Origin: Macrostomum lignano
Taxonomy: Eukaryota
Reading direction: 5' to 3'
DNA: 64,000 bases
Assembly: GCA_002269645.1 (NCBI GenBank)
Contig: NIVC01004007.1
Span: forward strand, 925-64,924
Shown: piece after piece, positions 1 to 12,607 of the stretch
Layout of the letters: every line of letters starts with the position of its first letter
Position numbering within the stretch: the stretch's first letter is position 1
Made by a program: the position numbers and the translations under genes
The notes under the pieces: model-generated
The model's database searches: none
The model's input: only the letters and a program-made list of their open reading frames with translations
Told to the model about the DNA's origin: nothing

Positions 1-345
1 ACTGGCTGATGCGGCTGATGGTGCACCGGCAGCTGGTAGGCGACATTGCGCGCCTGTTCCGCAGGCTCTGTTGAACGATGCCGGAGCCTCTCGCCGGCTG
101 GCCTTGCAGAACCTGCGGCGCTGCTGCCTTTGCCACCGCCGCTGCCGCTGCCAATGCCTAGCAGCTCATCCAGCAAGTTGTCGATATCCTGGACGGGCCG
201 GTTCCGGCTGGTACCGTATCGCGACGATGAAGCCGAGTACTCGAACTCCGGCTGCTGCGAGTGCGACTGCAGCGGTGGCCCGAGTCCGGCTCCGCCGCCA
301 AGGCTGCGGTGGGCGTTCCCTGAGCCGATATTGGCTGCGAATGGA
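1..345 (-). CDS. Probable internal exon of a tensin-like gene, running off the window edge
   Basis: Open minus frame ...RNRPVQDIDNLLDELLGIGSGSGGG..., resembling the ELDRLL segment of tensins. The 5' boundary is unresolved: there is an in-frame TGA at about 380. Confidence 0.45.
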
Positions 346-1354
346 GAGTTATTGAGGAGGCACTTCGGTGAGTTGCTTCAGAGCTTATCTGGTAAGTTAT
401 GAATATTTCTATACGTACTTGGATGGAAAAATTCATACTAGCTCGTAAATAGCTTTTACATTCGAATCAAATTTGTCCTGAAGCTACTCGCAGCAAATTA
501 ACTCACTCCTAAAAACGGTGCAGAAGCGATTATTCTGCTGAAAATCGCGCGAATTTGCGCCGTAGTTCATTGCGCCGAAAGTTCCTCTCGATTCTGGGTC
601 GGTTAGAAGCTGTTAGTCCAAGAGACGCGAACGGTCGTCTTTAATACGGACACGGAACCCACAATGGCTCAGTCTGTGGCTCTGTTTGTCTAAGCTTTCT
701 CGCCTTCTCGTGGCGCAGTCCAAGGGAGCGAAATGGAGAAAAAATCAAGAGAGGCAGGATTTTGGCAGGAGCGAGAGACAGGATTAGGATGGACCCGCAT
801 GGATTAGGTGAGGGCTGCGAAATGCCGACTGGGAGACCCGGAGGTGAAAGAGGCGGGCAGGCGAGAGGGAAGGAGAGGCGGTGCTTGGATGTCAACCAGC
901 GCGGAGGAGAGGCTGAGGTGGGCGATGGAGAGGGGCGCGCACGATGCGTTCAATCGTTGCTGCCCAACGAATAAGCGGAGTAGCAGAAGGCCGAGCTGGA
1001 ATCGCTGGCTTAGGAAGATATTTCGTTCGGGCAGAGGTACAGGCAGAAGGAACTTTCGGGGAAACGGTAGCTGGAGAGCCAGGTCTGTATGCCGGATGCT
1101 GCGAGGGAAAAGTGATCGATAATTTGTAGCCCAAAAAGGTTTGCGCCAGAAGTCAATGAAGGCTTCACCCCCGACCAAATTCGTGTTCGATGTACGTGCA
1201 TGTACACTAGCGGCTGCTGCTGCTGCTGCTGCTGCACTCTGCGCCGCCAACTGCAGCTGCCACCTCTGCGATTAGAGAGGCTGGCTATCCTAGCAACTGC
1301 TGGGATGCTGCGATACCAGAGATGCTGCTTCAAGAAGTTGTCTAGTCGACCTTG

Positions 1355-1361
<7 letters not shown>

Positions 1362-1398
<37 letters not shown>
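1362..1398. repeat. (CT)n microsatellite
   Basis: Perfect dinucleotide run. Confidence 0.95.
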
Positions 1399-1401
<3 letters not shown>

Positions 1402-3119
1402 GCTCGATTTTTTCCAAGGCAACGCTGCTTTGCCACGGAACCGCCTATTCCCTTACTGGTGGTTGGGTTTAAGTGTCACGCCAGACCACAGCCAGCGCTA
1501 GCAATAGAATTTGGTACTGCGAATGCACACGGGGAGCAGAGAAGAAGACGGAGGAGACCGGGAGAAGAGCTATTTTTGGATTCGATCTAACTTATAGCAG
1601 CAGGCTATATAAAACGCTCTAAACAAACCCGCACAACAAATTTCTTCCAACGATTGCGTCCAAGTAACCGTGGACTGTTGTAGAGAGGAAAAGCAAAAGA
1701 CACTGCCCTAGCTAAAGGAGGGGGGAGGCAGAAGCAGAAACGCAGTCGAGCTGATTCAGTATGAATTATGAAAATTGGCAGCCGTTTGCTGGTGTTTTGT
1801 CTGGCACGCTTTCCTTGCTCGAGCAGCTTATTTGTCTAAACCTGCTTCCCAACCTTGCCCACCGTGTGCGGCAGTGCGCGCTTCAGCCCAGCAGATGATG
1901 CCACCACTAGTGCATTCTTGTTCCCAAATTATGGGTTGCGTATGCGCCTTGCTTTCCCCTTCTTTCACTTATAAATATATCCTCAAATCTGGGCCCGCCC
2001 GAATCATTTCAGCCCAGTTTCAAAAACTGATTTTTACAATCGCCTGCCGTAGTAAAGCCCAGAACAGGGGGGGAGGGGGGGGGTCACAGGATCCGTGGCA
2101 GTAGCTGCCCTCGCTGCTCGACATTTTTCAGGTAAACTGGGGCCGGGGGAAGAGGTTCGTTCAAGCGCAGAAGCCAGATGTGCTGCAGTTCCGGCTTGAT
2201 TCTTTTGCAGTCCTTTTCAGGCAGCCCAACCCGTGGATTGCGGGGGGAGCGCTGTGGAGCTGGAGGTCGGATACGTCTGACGCCGTTTCCCTGTCTCCAC
2301 CAGCCTCCGCTTCAAGTTCTTCCTCATCAGCGTCTTATCAACGGGGCCTGCTGCAACAGCCAAGCCAAGCTTTTTTTGGGCAAAAGGCGAAGACCAAAAA
2401 GGGGTAAAGCGATGCGAACTGTTGGCGGGCAGGGCCTGCTGACTGGACCAAGCCGGAGTCAGAAAGTCTGCCCAGCAGTCAGGCTGCTTCCGCACCAGTG
2501 CCAGCTGGAAGCCCCTGTAGCATTGGCGCTCGGCTTTGGCCCCGACATGGAGAAGAATATTCGGGGGGGGGGGGGGGGGGGCTGGAATCCGAGTGCAAAT
2601 GAGGCGCACTGGAATTGATCCAAGCTTTTTCCCTCGATCCCCCATGAAATGGCTCGGCAAAGGCGGGAAGTGAAAGCTAGACATACAGAAGAATACAAAT
2701 GTTATAGAAGTGGCTGGGGAACTTGTTGGCCTCTCGTGTGATTGACAATATTTATGCAAATTGATGACTGGTTGGATGTAAATGTTATTCACAATAATGT
2801 TCGCCTTAAGAGATTAGGAAAGTATTGGGCACATTGTTTTTTCATGTAGCTAGTGTTACTAGATGTATTATTAGTGCAAAGTTTCAAACAAACTTTCACG
2901 TTCCGTCCAAATTCTTCATACGGTTCAGTATTCAACTATTCGACCGCGATGCTTTACGTATCTTGATAAATATTGAGAAGCGGCAGTTCGGCTAGTTTCC
3001 GGTTTTTCGAGATTACATTCAAATGAATATTGGATGCCTGCGAACGCTCCATTCTAATGGCGGTGAACTGAGCCTTTTTTGTTTTTATTTTATTAGAGGC
3101 AAAGGGCTCTTCCTGACCC

Positions 3120-3415
3120 ACTTTAAGCGACATGGTCGCACAACCGGCGAGACCCATTTCACCGACTCCTCTGAGCAGGTACACAAGCGCGCGGATATGT
3201 ACGCAGTCATACGCACAGACACACACTCCAGTGTACAGCGGCCCTAACTTTATTTATCGTTAGGCATGTACACTTCACTGTGCCTTGGGGGTTGGCCCTC
3301 AATGGCGTTAACTGCACGAGCAGAGCGAAGCCGAGATTCCAATTTATCCCCAAATTAGCACTTGGGATTAGTACTTGGGCCGCTGGCACATGAGAGCGCC
3401 GCGCTAAGCTATGGC
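3120..3415 (-). mobile_element. tRNA-derived SINE, same family as 32047-32367
   Basis: Reverse complement aligns with 32065-32330 (GCGCGGCGCTCTCATGTGCCAGCGGCCC...GCCTAACGATAAATAAAGTTAGGGCCGCTGTACAC). Confidence 0.8.
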
Positions 3416-3451
3416 CCGTGAACTGACTCTGAACTACGAGTATCTGATATA

Positions 3452-3976
3452 TACTCAGCAACGGTCAAAAGTTCCACCCTCCAAGCGAGATGAAAATTTT
3501 CTCACTTATTGCGACAACTTCTCACTCATCACAATTCAACCCTCAAGTTACGCAACCATAAGCAGCCGCGAGGAAAGGAAAGTTGATCGAATCTAACGTC
3601 AGTCGCACAAAATCATAAGTTTAATTTTTTATGCAATATAAGCAGTTAGAATTGCGATGCTTAATAACGCGTGTGGGATCCCCTCGCACGCAGAAGTGCG
3701 GCGACTCTGCCGGGCATCCTCAGGATGAGGCGGCGCAGAAAGTCCTGGAGAAGCTGCTGCCAAGCGTTTTCAATGGCATGACGCAGCTCCGCAACATTCT
3801 GTGGTGGATTCTCTTTTCGAATGCTGCGTTTTAGAAAGTCCCACGAGACATGCTCGATGGGATTCATGTCTGGGGACCGGGAAGGCCAGCGCAGAGTGCT
3901 CAGCTGTAGCTGGTCTTTTAGTTGGCTAACAGCATCGGCTCGGTGTGGTGGCGCGTTATTGTTATCCTGGTCAATA
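3452..3976 (-). mobile_element. Tc1 (DD34E) transposon 3' fragment with terminal repeat
   Basis: QD(NN)NAPPH...WPSRSPDMNPIEH...RGSHTRY* (3661-3976); TIR-like end TA|TACTCAGCAACGGTCAAAAG at 3450-3470. Confidence 0.85.
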
Positions 3977-3978
3977 TA

Positions 3979-4060
3979 CACTCATCAACATTGAAAACCG
4001 CCACTTTAGAGCATTGGCGGCAGAGCAATTGACTTCAACTCACACTGCAATGACGCAAGA
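3979..4060 (+). mobile_element. Possible terminus of a second Tc1-like element inserted at a TA in the first transposase
   Basis: TA|CACTCATCAACATTGAAAACCGCC begins exactly where transposase homology stops; no partner end found. Confidence 0.4.
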
Positions 4061-4303
4061 TTTTACAACCTCTCGCTCAGGCGCACTAGATCTAGGGTGG
4101 CGAAGCGACCATATACAATTCCTTGACTGGATACTGTCGGGCTAAGCGCATCACGACTGTACAATCGTAGTGTCTATGGTCAAAGTGGTCTGATCGCTGG
4201 GAACTCCTACATTCTGGTCAACGCCATATATATTCCATAGATGTGCTATAGTTGCTATAATGAATCTCATAAACAATCCCATGCTCAGGTAAGCACTGCT
4301 CAC

Positions 4304-4499
4304 ACGCGCAGCCAGAGTCGCAGGGATCGCAGGCGCTGCTGCTGGCGGTTGCCTCCGGTGAGCTGCTGGCTGGCGGACCGTCGTCGATCCAGCAGCCGTC
4401 ATCGGTGCGGCGCACGATGGCGTACAGGCTGCCGTCGACTGGACCGATGCAGTGTTGCGTGCGGACCGCCTCTGCCGCTGTTTTAGTCATTGTTTCCAT
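4304..4499 (-). CDS. Tensin-like exon
   Basis: METMTK...QHCIGPVDGSLYAIVRR...DPCDSG matches the tensin motif GPLDGSLYAKVKK...SSDSG; candidate donor GTGAGC at 4303. Confidence 0.55.
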
Positions 4500-7400
4500 A
4501 TGCAATCTCAGCGCCTGAGGCTGGCACTCCTTCTAGGACGGTTTTTCGTTTCTTATGTTCTAAACGTTCTTAATTCCCTCAGGCCGAAAGATTGGGTTTG
4601 AGTCGGATTTGCCTTTGTAAATTTGAATAACGAAAGCCGCGTTTATAGTCAACCGGGTCCGCGCGGTTTCACACATGTCAGCTAAGGCGCTCATGAACTG
4701 TTGTTGGGTTTCCCCGCCCTCTCCCTGCAGCCTGCTAGGGCCTCCGCTACTCCAGCCAACCAGCCCGGGGGTTCCCGAGATTCCCACGCCTGCGGGCGGG
4801 GTGGGTGGCTGCGTTGAGAACAGGCAAAGAGGGGGCGGCGGCCTTGGTAGTTGACGGCGCTCATGGCCCCGACGCTGTCTCTCTGGGCAATGCCTAACCA
4901 TGGTTCTGCTTCCCCCTCTCTCGCCCATTCTCTCTCTCTCTCTATCCCGTTTTGCATCGGCTGTTGTGTTGAAGAGAGAACAAGGCAGAAGGCCAGCTAA
5001 CAAGCAGCTCAATATGGAAAGGCATTGGGTGAAGCTTCCACAGACACACGCAGGCGCACACACAAATTAGACTAATGCGGAGTTTGCTGTTGTTTGCGTA
5101 CTTAGTGCCCAACAGGGCGCGATACGCGCGGGGAGGGGAGAGAGAGAAAAAAAAATGAGAGGAAGGAGAAGACCGAAGTTGGTGCTGGGCAAATGCGATG
5201 AGCGGCGCGATTTCCGAGCGAATTCATGCTGAGAGCGCGCAACGAGTGGTGAGAACTATAGTTGCCGGTTGCCATAGCCCCTTGTCAACCGCGTCAACCG
5301 CTGCGCAGCAGGCTGCGAGCTATTAATTTGATTGCGCGATGGCAGCGCAGGGAATTATATAATACGCCCAGAGTACGCGGGCTAGTTGCAATTACGACGG
5401 CTTCGGGTTACAGCGGCTCATTTGTGCTCATTTTTTGCCTTTCTAATTGCTGGTGTTGCACGACACAGCTCTGCCAGAGAAAGTTATTGCCGCGCTCATT
5501 CGACCCTTTTGGAAATGAATTAATAAATAGAATGTTGGAGTCTAGTTCTCTTCTCTTCGAGTACCCGTATGGAGCTCCATTTTAATTTAATAGAAGCTAG
5601 GAGTGCTGTGCCCCCAGCAAAATGCTTTCTAAAAATACTCATACGGGTAAAGAAAACTTGGATAGGAAGCTGCTACACCTGCTTCAGCTAATACGAGTGA
5701 CAATTGAGAGTGAACAACATTGGCTAGACACAAATCCAAAGTGCACTTGTGTGCAAAAATGCAATTCAACATAATTGATGCCTTCGCCCCCTGCACACTG
5801 CATTGTGAGCTGGGTGATTCTAGGGGCAGAGTGAGCTTGAGAGATTGTCGGAGTCAGCGGAATGGACAAGAACTTAGCCTTCCTGCCATTATTATTACTA
5901 TTGTTATTACTATTATGGGTGGTTCCATTCAAGGGCTGTCCTGCTTTTGAAGATACTTAGATTCAATAGCCGCACATGTTATGAAGTCACATTTGGACTG
6001 TAAATCAAAATTCTATAGCATTAATTTGGTGTCAAACACAAGACGCCTTCATAGATAAACGTGATTACATTTGCATACACACGAATACACATGAAACTCA
6101 AAATTGAATTGTTTGCCTTTTTGCGTGGGGAATTCGCACATGTATAGTAAGAGCATTTGCACGCGCAAGATTACAAGATTAGCTTTGGCGTGGACCTTGG
6201 ACCTTAGTCAGAAAGCACACAAAGATCTGTTAATGGTACTGTTATTTAATTAAACTTGACAATAGTTAATGTGAGTAGTAATCATACTGATATTTCACTT
6301 AATATTATCGAGTGTATCATATTTTGCTTGTTTACCTTCTCTGTTTGTATTTTTCCGACCAATGACCAAACGTATGCCAGTTTCAAATGATTTACTGGAA
6401 AAAAGGAAAAAACCATATATTCTAATGAATGTTAACGAGAATTTGGGCCTCCCAGTGTAATACCCAAACCTCAAAACCGTGGACAACTTAAGTAAGAGCA
6501 CGCTGCACTCGATTTTCTTAGAAATGAGATGGTAAGGAACGTTAGAGAACACATACAGCGCTGAATGGGGTCCTGCCATAGACTATTTATCGTTGTCCAG
6601 AGCTGGCAGTCCTGTGACGACACTTCGATGATTTAATGTAACTCAACTTTTCTCCGATTTCACAGCTTAATCCAACTCTAGCCATAAGTCTCCACTCTCT
6701 CCTTAACAGCATTAGCCAGGGCCTTGTGACGAAAATTACATCGCCTTGCATTGCATTGAGAAGAGGACAGAGGTCAAAGCAGCTCAGTAATCTATGGCAC
6801 AATACACAGGTGTGAATGAGGTGTCTGATAGTAGACTAGAGTTATGGTTTAGGATATAGGATTAATTTAGTTTTGGAATATGGAAGGAATCCAAGGATAC
6901 GTAAGTCAGTCGTCGTAGGCCCTCTTGATAATACAACAGACCAAGCCGCACAGCCACAATGGTCATAACACCAGCATTTACTGGGCGAGCGCGGTACTAT
7001 AACTGTATTAGTGCATTGACTAAACGGCTGCAATAGAAGTTGGGAATTTAATGATGTAGCAGAGAATTGCAGCTGCAAAGTGGCCCGGAGGGATGCATTT
7101 AATGTAGAGACTGTGTGAGACTGACAATTTCACAATTTTTATTCAACCCGTTTAGGCTGTAGAGGTTGGTAGAGTTAGCACACAGAGTCGGCAGCCAAAT
7201 TTATGGTAATATTGCAAACTACACTCGACACCGTAACATCTATCGAATATATTTTATTGTTAGTCAATTATTTCTGTAAAAGAAATAGAAATGGCTGACC
7301 ACGAAAAAAGGCTAATGGACAACGGAAATTGCGATTTGTAAAACTAAAAACACAATAGGCAGTAAGTAGGATCATAGTAGTATGAAAGGCACACAATAAA

Positions 7401-7505
7401 ACCAGAAAGAACTGCCGAATAATAACATTGCGCCTGTAAAAGGGACTGCCACTACTAATAGCAGTAAAAAGCGTCAAATGTTCCAATTAAAACAAATTAG
7501 CTTTT

Positions 7506-8048
7506 CTAGCAGAAGCCGCGATTAATAACTCTGGCGCCGAGGCAGGACGCGATGCAAGAGTTCAGGTAGGTGTTGCGCGCGCTGCTACCGGAAGCGTAGG
7601 CGCACACGGGATCGTAGTTGCTGGGGCAGTTGCAGTTGCCGCCGGCATTGCGATTGTTATAGTTATTGTAGTTGTACCTGTACTGGTTGTAGTTGCGGTA
7701 GTTGCTCCGGTAGTTGCGGTAGTAGTTTCGGTAGTTGCGGTAGTTGTTCCGGTAGTTGTACGGGTTCCGGTTGTTATAGATATTGTAGTTATAGCGACTG
7801 CGGCTCCAATAGTTTGGATAGCTGCCGCTTCTGGTGCCGCCGCTGGTTGTGCCGCAAAATCCGTAGGTAAACGAGTTGTAGCCGTTGCACTGGGCGTAAC
7901 AAGAATTTGCGTAGGTTTGGCCGTTGGCGCACACGGGCTGGTAGCCGGCGCTGGCGCACTGGCTGCAGGACACCTGGCCATTGGCGAGATGGCTGGCAGC
8001 GGCGGCTAGCAGGACCACAGCCAGAGAGAGTGCGGAGCTGGAGCGCAT
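7506..8048 (-). CDS. Secreted 180-aa protein: signal peptide, Kazal domain, N/Y/R-rich linker, Kazal domain
   Basis: Hydrophobic leader MRSSSALSLAVVLLAAAASHLANG; CxxC...PVCANGQTYANSCYAQC...GFC and CNCPSNYDPVC...TYLNSCIASC...GFC*; single exon. Confidence 0.9.
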   Translation of the reverse strand: MRSSSALSLAVVLLAAAASHLANGQVSCSQCASAGYQPVCANGQTYANSCYAQCNGYNSFTYGFCGTTSGGTRSGSYPNYWSRSRYNYNIYNNRNPYNYRNNYRNYRNYYRNYRSNYRNYNQYRYNYNNYNNRNAGGNCNCPSNYDPVCAYASGSSARNTYLNSCIASCLGARVINRGFC

Positions 8049-9039
8049 CTTCAAATCAGCAATTAACTACCGGGCAGACTACCTGCGAAATTACCTGTCC
8101 TGTGGCGATAACCTTATGGGCTGATTAACTGAGCTGATTAAATACCTCTGCATGGGTGGGGTGGGTGGCGCCGGTCCTGCCTGCGCGCAACGTGCCAATA
8201 ATTGATTGGCTGGCTGATCTTGAAGTTAGTCGGTTGGTTTACATCATTGTACAGTGCCATTGTTACTCTCACTACCCCCTCACTCTTATCTAATCTCATT
8301 CTCTGCCCCCCCCTCTCTGACTAAACGAGAGCTTAGCCTGTGTTATGCGTAGTACGAGTATCAAAGATAAACGTTAATTGCCACTTTGCAATCGATGAAA
8401 ACTTGTTTAAATCGGTTTTTACCAAATATAACAAAGATCACACCAAAGATAACAATATAGGACAGCGTGCACAAACAGCCTGACTGGATGATTAATTATT
8501 GCTTGCTTAACTTTAAAAGTACACCAGGTAAGATTGAGCTACTCTCTAGCCAAACTAGCTCATTCTCCAGTGTAGCACACCTTCTCAGATTGGCTTTTTT
8601 TAATAGGTAATAAAGTTAGAAGTTATTATTGAATTGAAAATAGGCTTTATTAGGCATAATATTTGCGGCAAGTTGTTTATGCCCAAAGCGTTTAATTATA
8701 ATCAAGAGATAATGAAGAATTTTGTCCTACAGGTCTGCGATGACAAGTGAATGTCGAATACTCCATGGCAGTTAACTATAATATTATTGATTTAATTTAA
8801 AGCTCCTTGTGCGATCAAATACATGTCAGAAATTGCCGGTTAGAGCTCTGATGCATGTACACTGGCACTGAGTAGGATCATTTGTAATTTCCGGTTATGA
8901 GTCATTGTCTGGAAAATTGGTTATTATTTTGACAACTATTCATTACCTGTATAATTAATTGGTAAATATTCAGACAATGGGTTATTGTTAGGACAGCTAT
9001 TGTCAGGATAAAATTGGTCAGCAGAATTAAGGGCGGCAT

Positions 9040-9575
9040 ATTGGTCATCTATAGTCAGGGGTTTCATTGGTCATTTATGTCAGGGGTGTCATTGGTCATC
9101 TATGTCAGGGGTGTCATTGGTCATCTATGTCAGGGGTGTCATTGGTCATCTATGTCAGGGGTGTCATTGGTCATCTATAGTCAGGGGTTTCATTGGTCAG
9201 CTATAGTCAGGGGTGTCATTGGTCATCTATAGTCAGGGGTGTCATTGGTTATCTATAGTCAGTGTTGGCATTGGTCAGCTATAGTCAGGAGTGTCATTGG
9301 TCATTTATAGTCAGGGGTGTCATTGTTCATCTATAGTCAGTGTTGGCATTGGTCATCTATAGTCAGGGGTGTCATTGGTCATCTATAGTCAAGGGTTTCA
9401 TTGGTCATTTATAGTCAGGGGTGTCATTAGTCATCTATGTCAGGGGTGTCATTGGTCATCTATGTCAGGGGTGTCATTGGCCATCTATAGTCAGGGGTGT
9501 CATTGGTCATCTATGTCAGGGGTTTCATTGGTCGGTCATTTATAGTCAGGGGTGTCATTGGTCAGCTATAGTCAG
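9040..9575. repeat. 25-26 bp minisatellite (CATTGGTCATCTAT[A]GTCAGGGGTGT), about 20 copies
   Basis: Direct tandem repeats. Confidence 0.95.
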
Positions 9576-10151
9576 CTTTCCGATACAACACGATCCTATT
9601 TCAGATCAGACCGATTGCATGCAAGTATCGCATCATTTCAAAGGATCTGATATTCTATTGTTATTTAATAATTCAAAAGTAAAAAAAAGGTTTTGCATCT
9701 TGAAGTTAGAATGACAAATTCAATGAGTTTCAAATAAATTTTCGACAAAATTACGTAATATTTCGTATGGCACTTAAGCCTCAAATTACAGCTCACACCT
9801 GTCTGGAAAAGAGTAATTTGTTGTGCGTTTCATATGCCTATAATTACTGCTTGAGCAATAAGCTGCTTCTCGCAACAGTTCTCAGCCAGATCAATCCAGT
9901 GCTCCCTTGGCGCACACAGTCCACAGTGCACTGTATTGTTTGCAGTAGCATGCTATAGCGGCTCCGATTCAAAGTGGAACGTACCGCTAAAAACCTATTC
10001 TTTAGGGCTGCTTAGTGCAGACTTTACAGAATATAAATAATATTAATTGTTTTGAAGATATTGGCTATGTAGAATGTTTTTCTTATTCTCGTGTATTACT
10101 ATGAAATTTGCATGTAACAAGCCATGGATAACTAAAGTACATTTATTTGTA

Positions 10152-10437
10152 GGAGGGGTTGTAGCCTAGTGGTTAGAGCGTTGGACTCACTATAGAAAGG
10201 TCGGGGGTTCGATGCTCGACCCTCCTTGAGCAAGACACTTAACTCTGCATTGCCTCAGTTCACCCAACTGTAAAATGGGGTGCCAGCATCAGCTGGGGTA
10301 ATTGAGGGTGTGTGTGGCGACCCCCCAGTCCTTGGACTGAACAGCCGTATGCAGCCTTCAGATGCGCCGCGCAATAGCTGCGGCTGAGCTGTCGGTTGCA
10401 CATCTGGCCATTAGGGAAGGTGTAATAAAAAAAACAG
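10152..10437 (+). mobile_element. tRNA-derived CORE-type SINE
   Basis: A box TAGCCTAGTGG, B box GGTTCGATGC, CORE-like segment CCTTGAGCAAGACACTTAACTCTGCATTGCCTCAGTTCACCCAACTGTAAAATGGGG (10224-10280), A-rich tail. Confidence 0.8.
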
Positions 10438-12607
10438 GAAGATCGTGATAATTTCCCCGTTGGTAGGTTTCGTTGCAAGCCTACCAACTGCTCCGCAAGC
10501 TTGGATCGGAGCATTTCCAACTCGCCATCTAAAGAACTTTAGATTAGCAATACTTTGCAGCAGATTAGCAATACCATATAAAAGTCGATAAAAACTAGTC
10601 CAAAGGAATTTAACTAATGAGATAAGAAGAAATGAAATTGACCTCAACTAACTTGAGCTTGATTAACACGTGGATCAACTTAGAGCACAATATACATTAC
10701 TTTTTTCATTGTCAACTCTGAAGTTCAGAAGGTGGGAAGATGGTCAATTTGCAACAGGATCTAAATGTGTAAAAGCGCGCATTAAACGGCTTGTGATCGC
10801 GTATTGGCTAGTCATAAAATGCTTATTAAATGGCTATTGTCATATAATTAATGCACCATAAATATATATCGTGATTACAATGCTGCTCAATAGTCGTTTT
10901 TCTCTGGCCCAAATAAATGTCTATGGCCACCCGTGCACTGCGCACACTCGAGGCATAGACATGTAAGCACTCAAAACCGACTATTGAACCCCTCATTTAT
11001 TTTTAGGATATCAGTAGAAAGCGGTGGAAGTAAAAATAACGGAAAACTGACATGCTGCTAGCTTGAAAAAACTACTTATCAGACTTGTTCAGTAGTGCCT
11101 GATGGATCTTACGAAGTCAGACTTTCTGAAACCATATTTTCTTGTCCTGTGCTAGTCCGCTTAGCGAATTCAGAGGACACAGCGCGGGAAAAAATTCCTG
11201 TCATGCCATGTTCCGATCGAATGAACTGCACAATGAATCCCAGCTTGCGAGGGCATGATAAATACCATTGGGAATCGTCTAAACATGCACATGGAAGAGA
11301 CACTCGCACAAATCCATATGGAACTTTCCGGACATTTCTGCACATGACGGACAAAAAGTGTTCAGCCACGTCCCTCTCTATTGGTTTCTGTCGACGCAGC
11401 TTCGGAGATGAAGCATACAGCCTGAAGCAGGCAGAGCTGCGCAAATATTTCCCGGCAGCCGGGGCTTTAGAGGCTTTGATCTGCTTCAGACGGCAGACAG
11501 CAGTCACTCTGGTGTGCGCAACATGCGGCCGTGCCCGCCTCCCGAGTGCAACACATCGCTGGGGGGGGGGGGGCGCACTTTGCTATCTCCTCCCGCTTTT
11601 TCTATCTTCGAGATTCAAGCGTACACGATGAACTTCATAGCATCCCGCCTGCTGCCCTATCCCGCTCTGTCGCTTTGAACGCGTTGGTTACGAAAGACTG
11701 CGCTGCTCTGGGATCTGCTGCTGCTTGCATGGCTTAGGCCGGGATGGAGGGAGGCTGCAGGAGGGGGGGAAAGATGATGAAGCAGCTGGCTTGGCCAAGA
11801 TAGGAGCCTGGATTTCACTTAGATAATACTACTGCAAGTTTTTGAACGCGCGGAACTGAAAGTAGCGGAGCTTTGTGGCAACCGAGAAAGCGAGAAGTTT
11901 TTATCGCACGATTCTGGTAAGCCTGACTGAATCTGGTTGACACAATCCCAGTCCTAATTCTCACAGAAGAGGCAAGCAGGCAGGCCCGTTTCCACTGACC
12001 ACTGACCACTGACTTAGGCCCGCACTCACACGGGGTGTACAGCGTCTCTGACCTTGTCAGTGTCTCTTTATTAAAGACATGCTTGCCAAGCATTTATGCA
12101 CAGTTAAAATGAGCGTGACGATTGTGTAGAATATGAGTTTGATTGGCAACAGTCATTAATTATCATAGTTTCTACCTACACTTGTGTGTCTATTTTTACT
12201 CTTTAGTTTTGCTTTCATTCTTCCCCTTCCCCGCGCTACTCAAATTTGACTTCAGCGGGGCGCACAAGTGCTCACGGGCATGTTGCCAGTGGCAACAGCT
12301 GTGCTGCGGAAAGACAATCAAAATTGCAAGGGGGGGGGGGAAAGCCGCTCAAGAGCAAACCCTCCTAGAGGTGATCTATAAGCGAAGGCTTGCAGACTGG
12401 GTCTCATGGCAGCTTGTGTTGGTTTCAATGGCCAGAACGATCAATATTAATACAAGCCTCTGAGCAGTCTGAAAATCCCGATTCGCCATCCACCACTTTA
12501 CTGAGTCCTATTCGGACTACGAAGTAGAAACAGCGTAGACTGTCTGATTTGCTAAAACAGGCTCGCATAATTCCAGGGGCAAACAGCCAATATCCTGGGC
12601 GGAAACT

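Noticed and set aside
46-402. Plus-strand ORF ending at a GTAAGT donor-like site
   Set aside because: The minus frame gives the more protein-like, tensin-consistent sequence, and no plus-strand partner exon was found
2285-2335. Hammerhead-like CTGATGA...GAAAC...GTC on the minus strand
   Set aside because: Stems I and II cannot pair
10152-10225. tRNA gene (likewise 32055-32125)
   Set aside because: A and B boxes are present but there is no complete cloverleaf, and SINE body follows
11095-11631. 178-aa and 132-aa overlapping ORFs
   Set aside because: No recognisable motif or splice context
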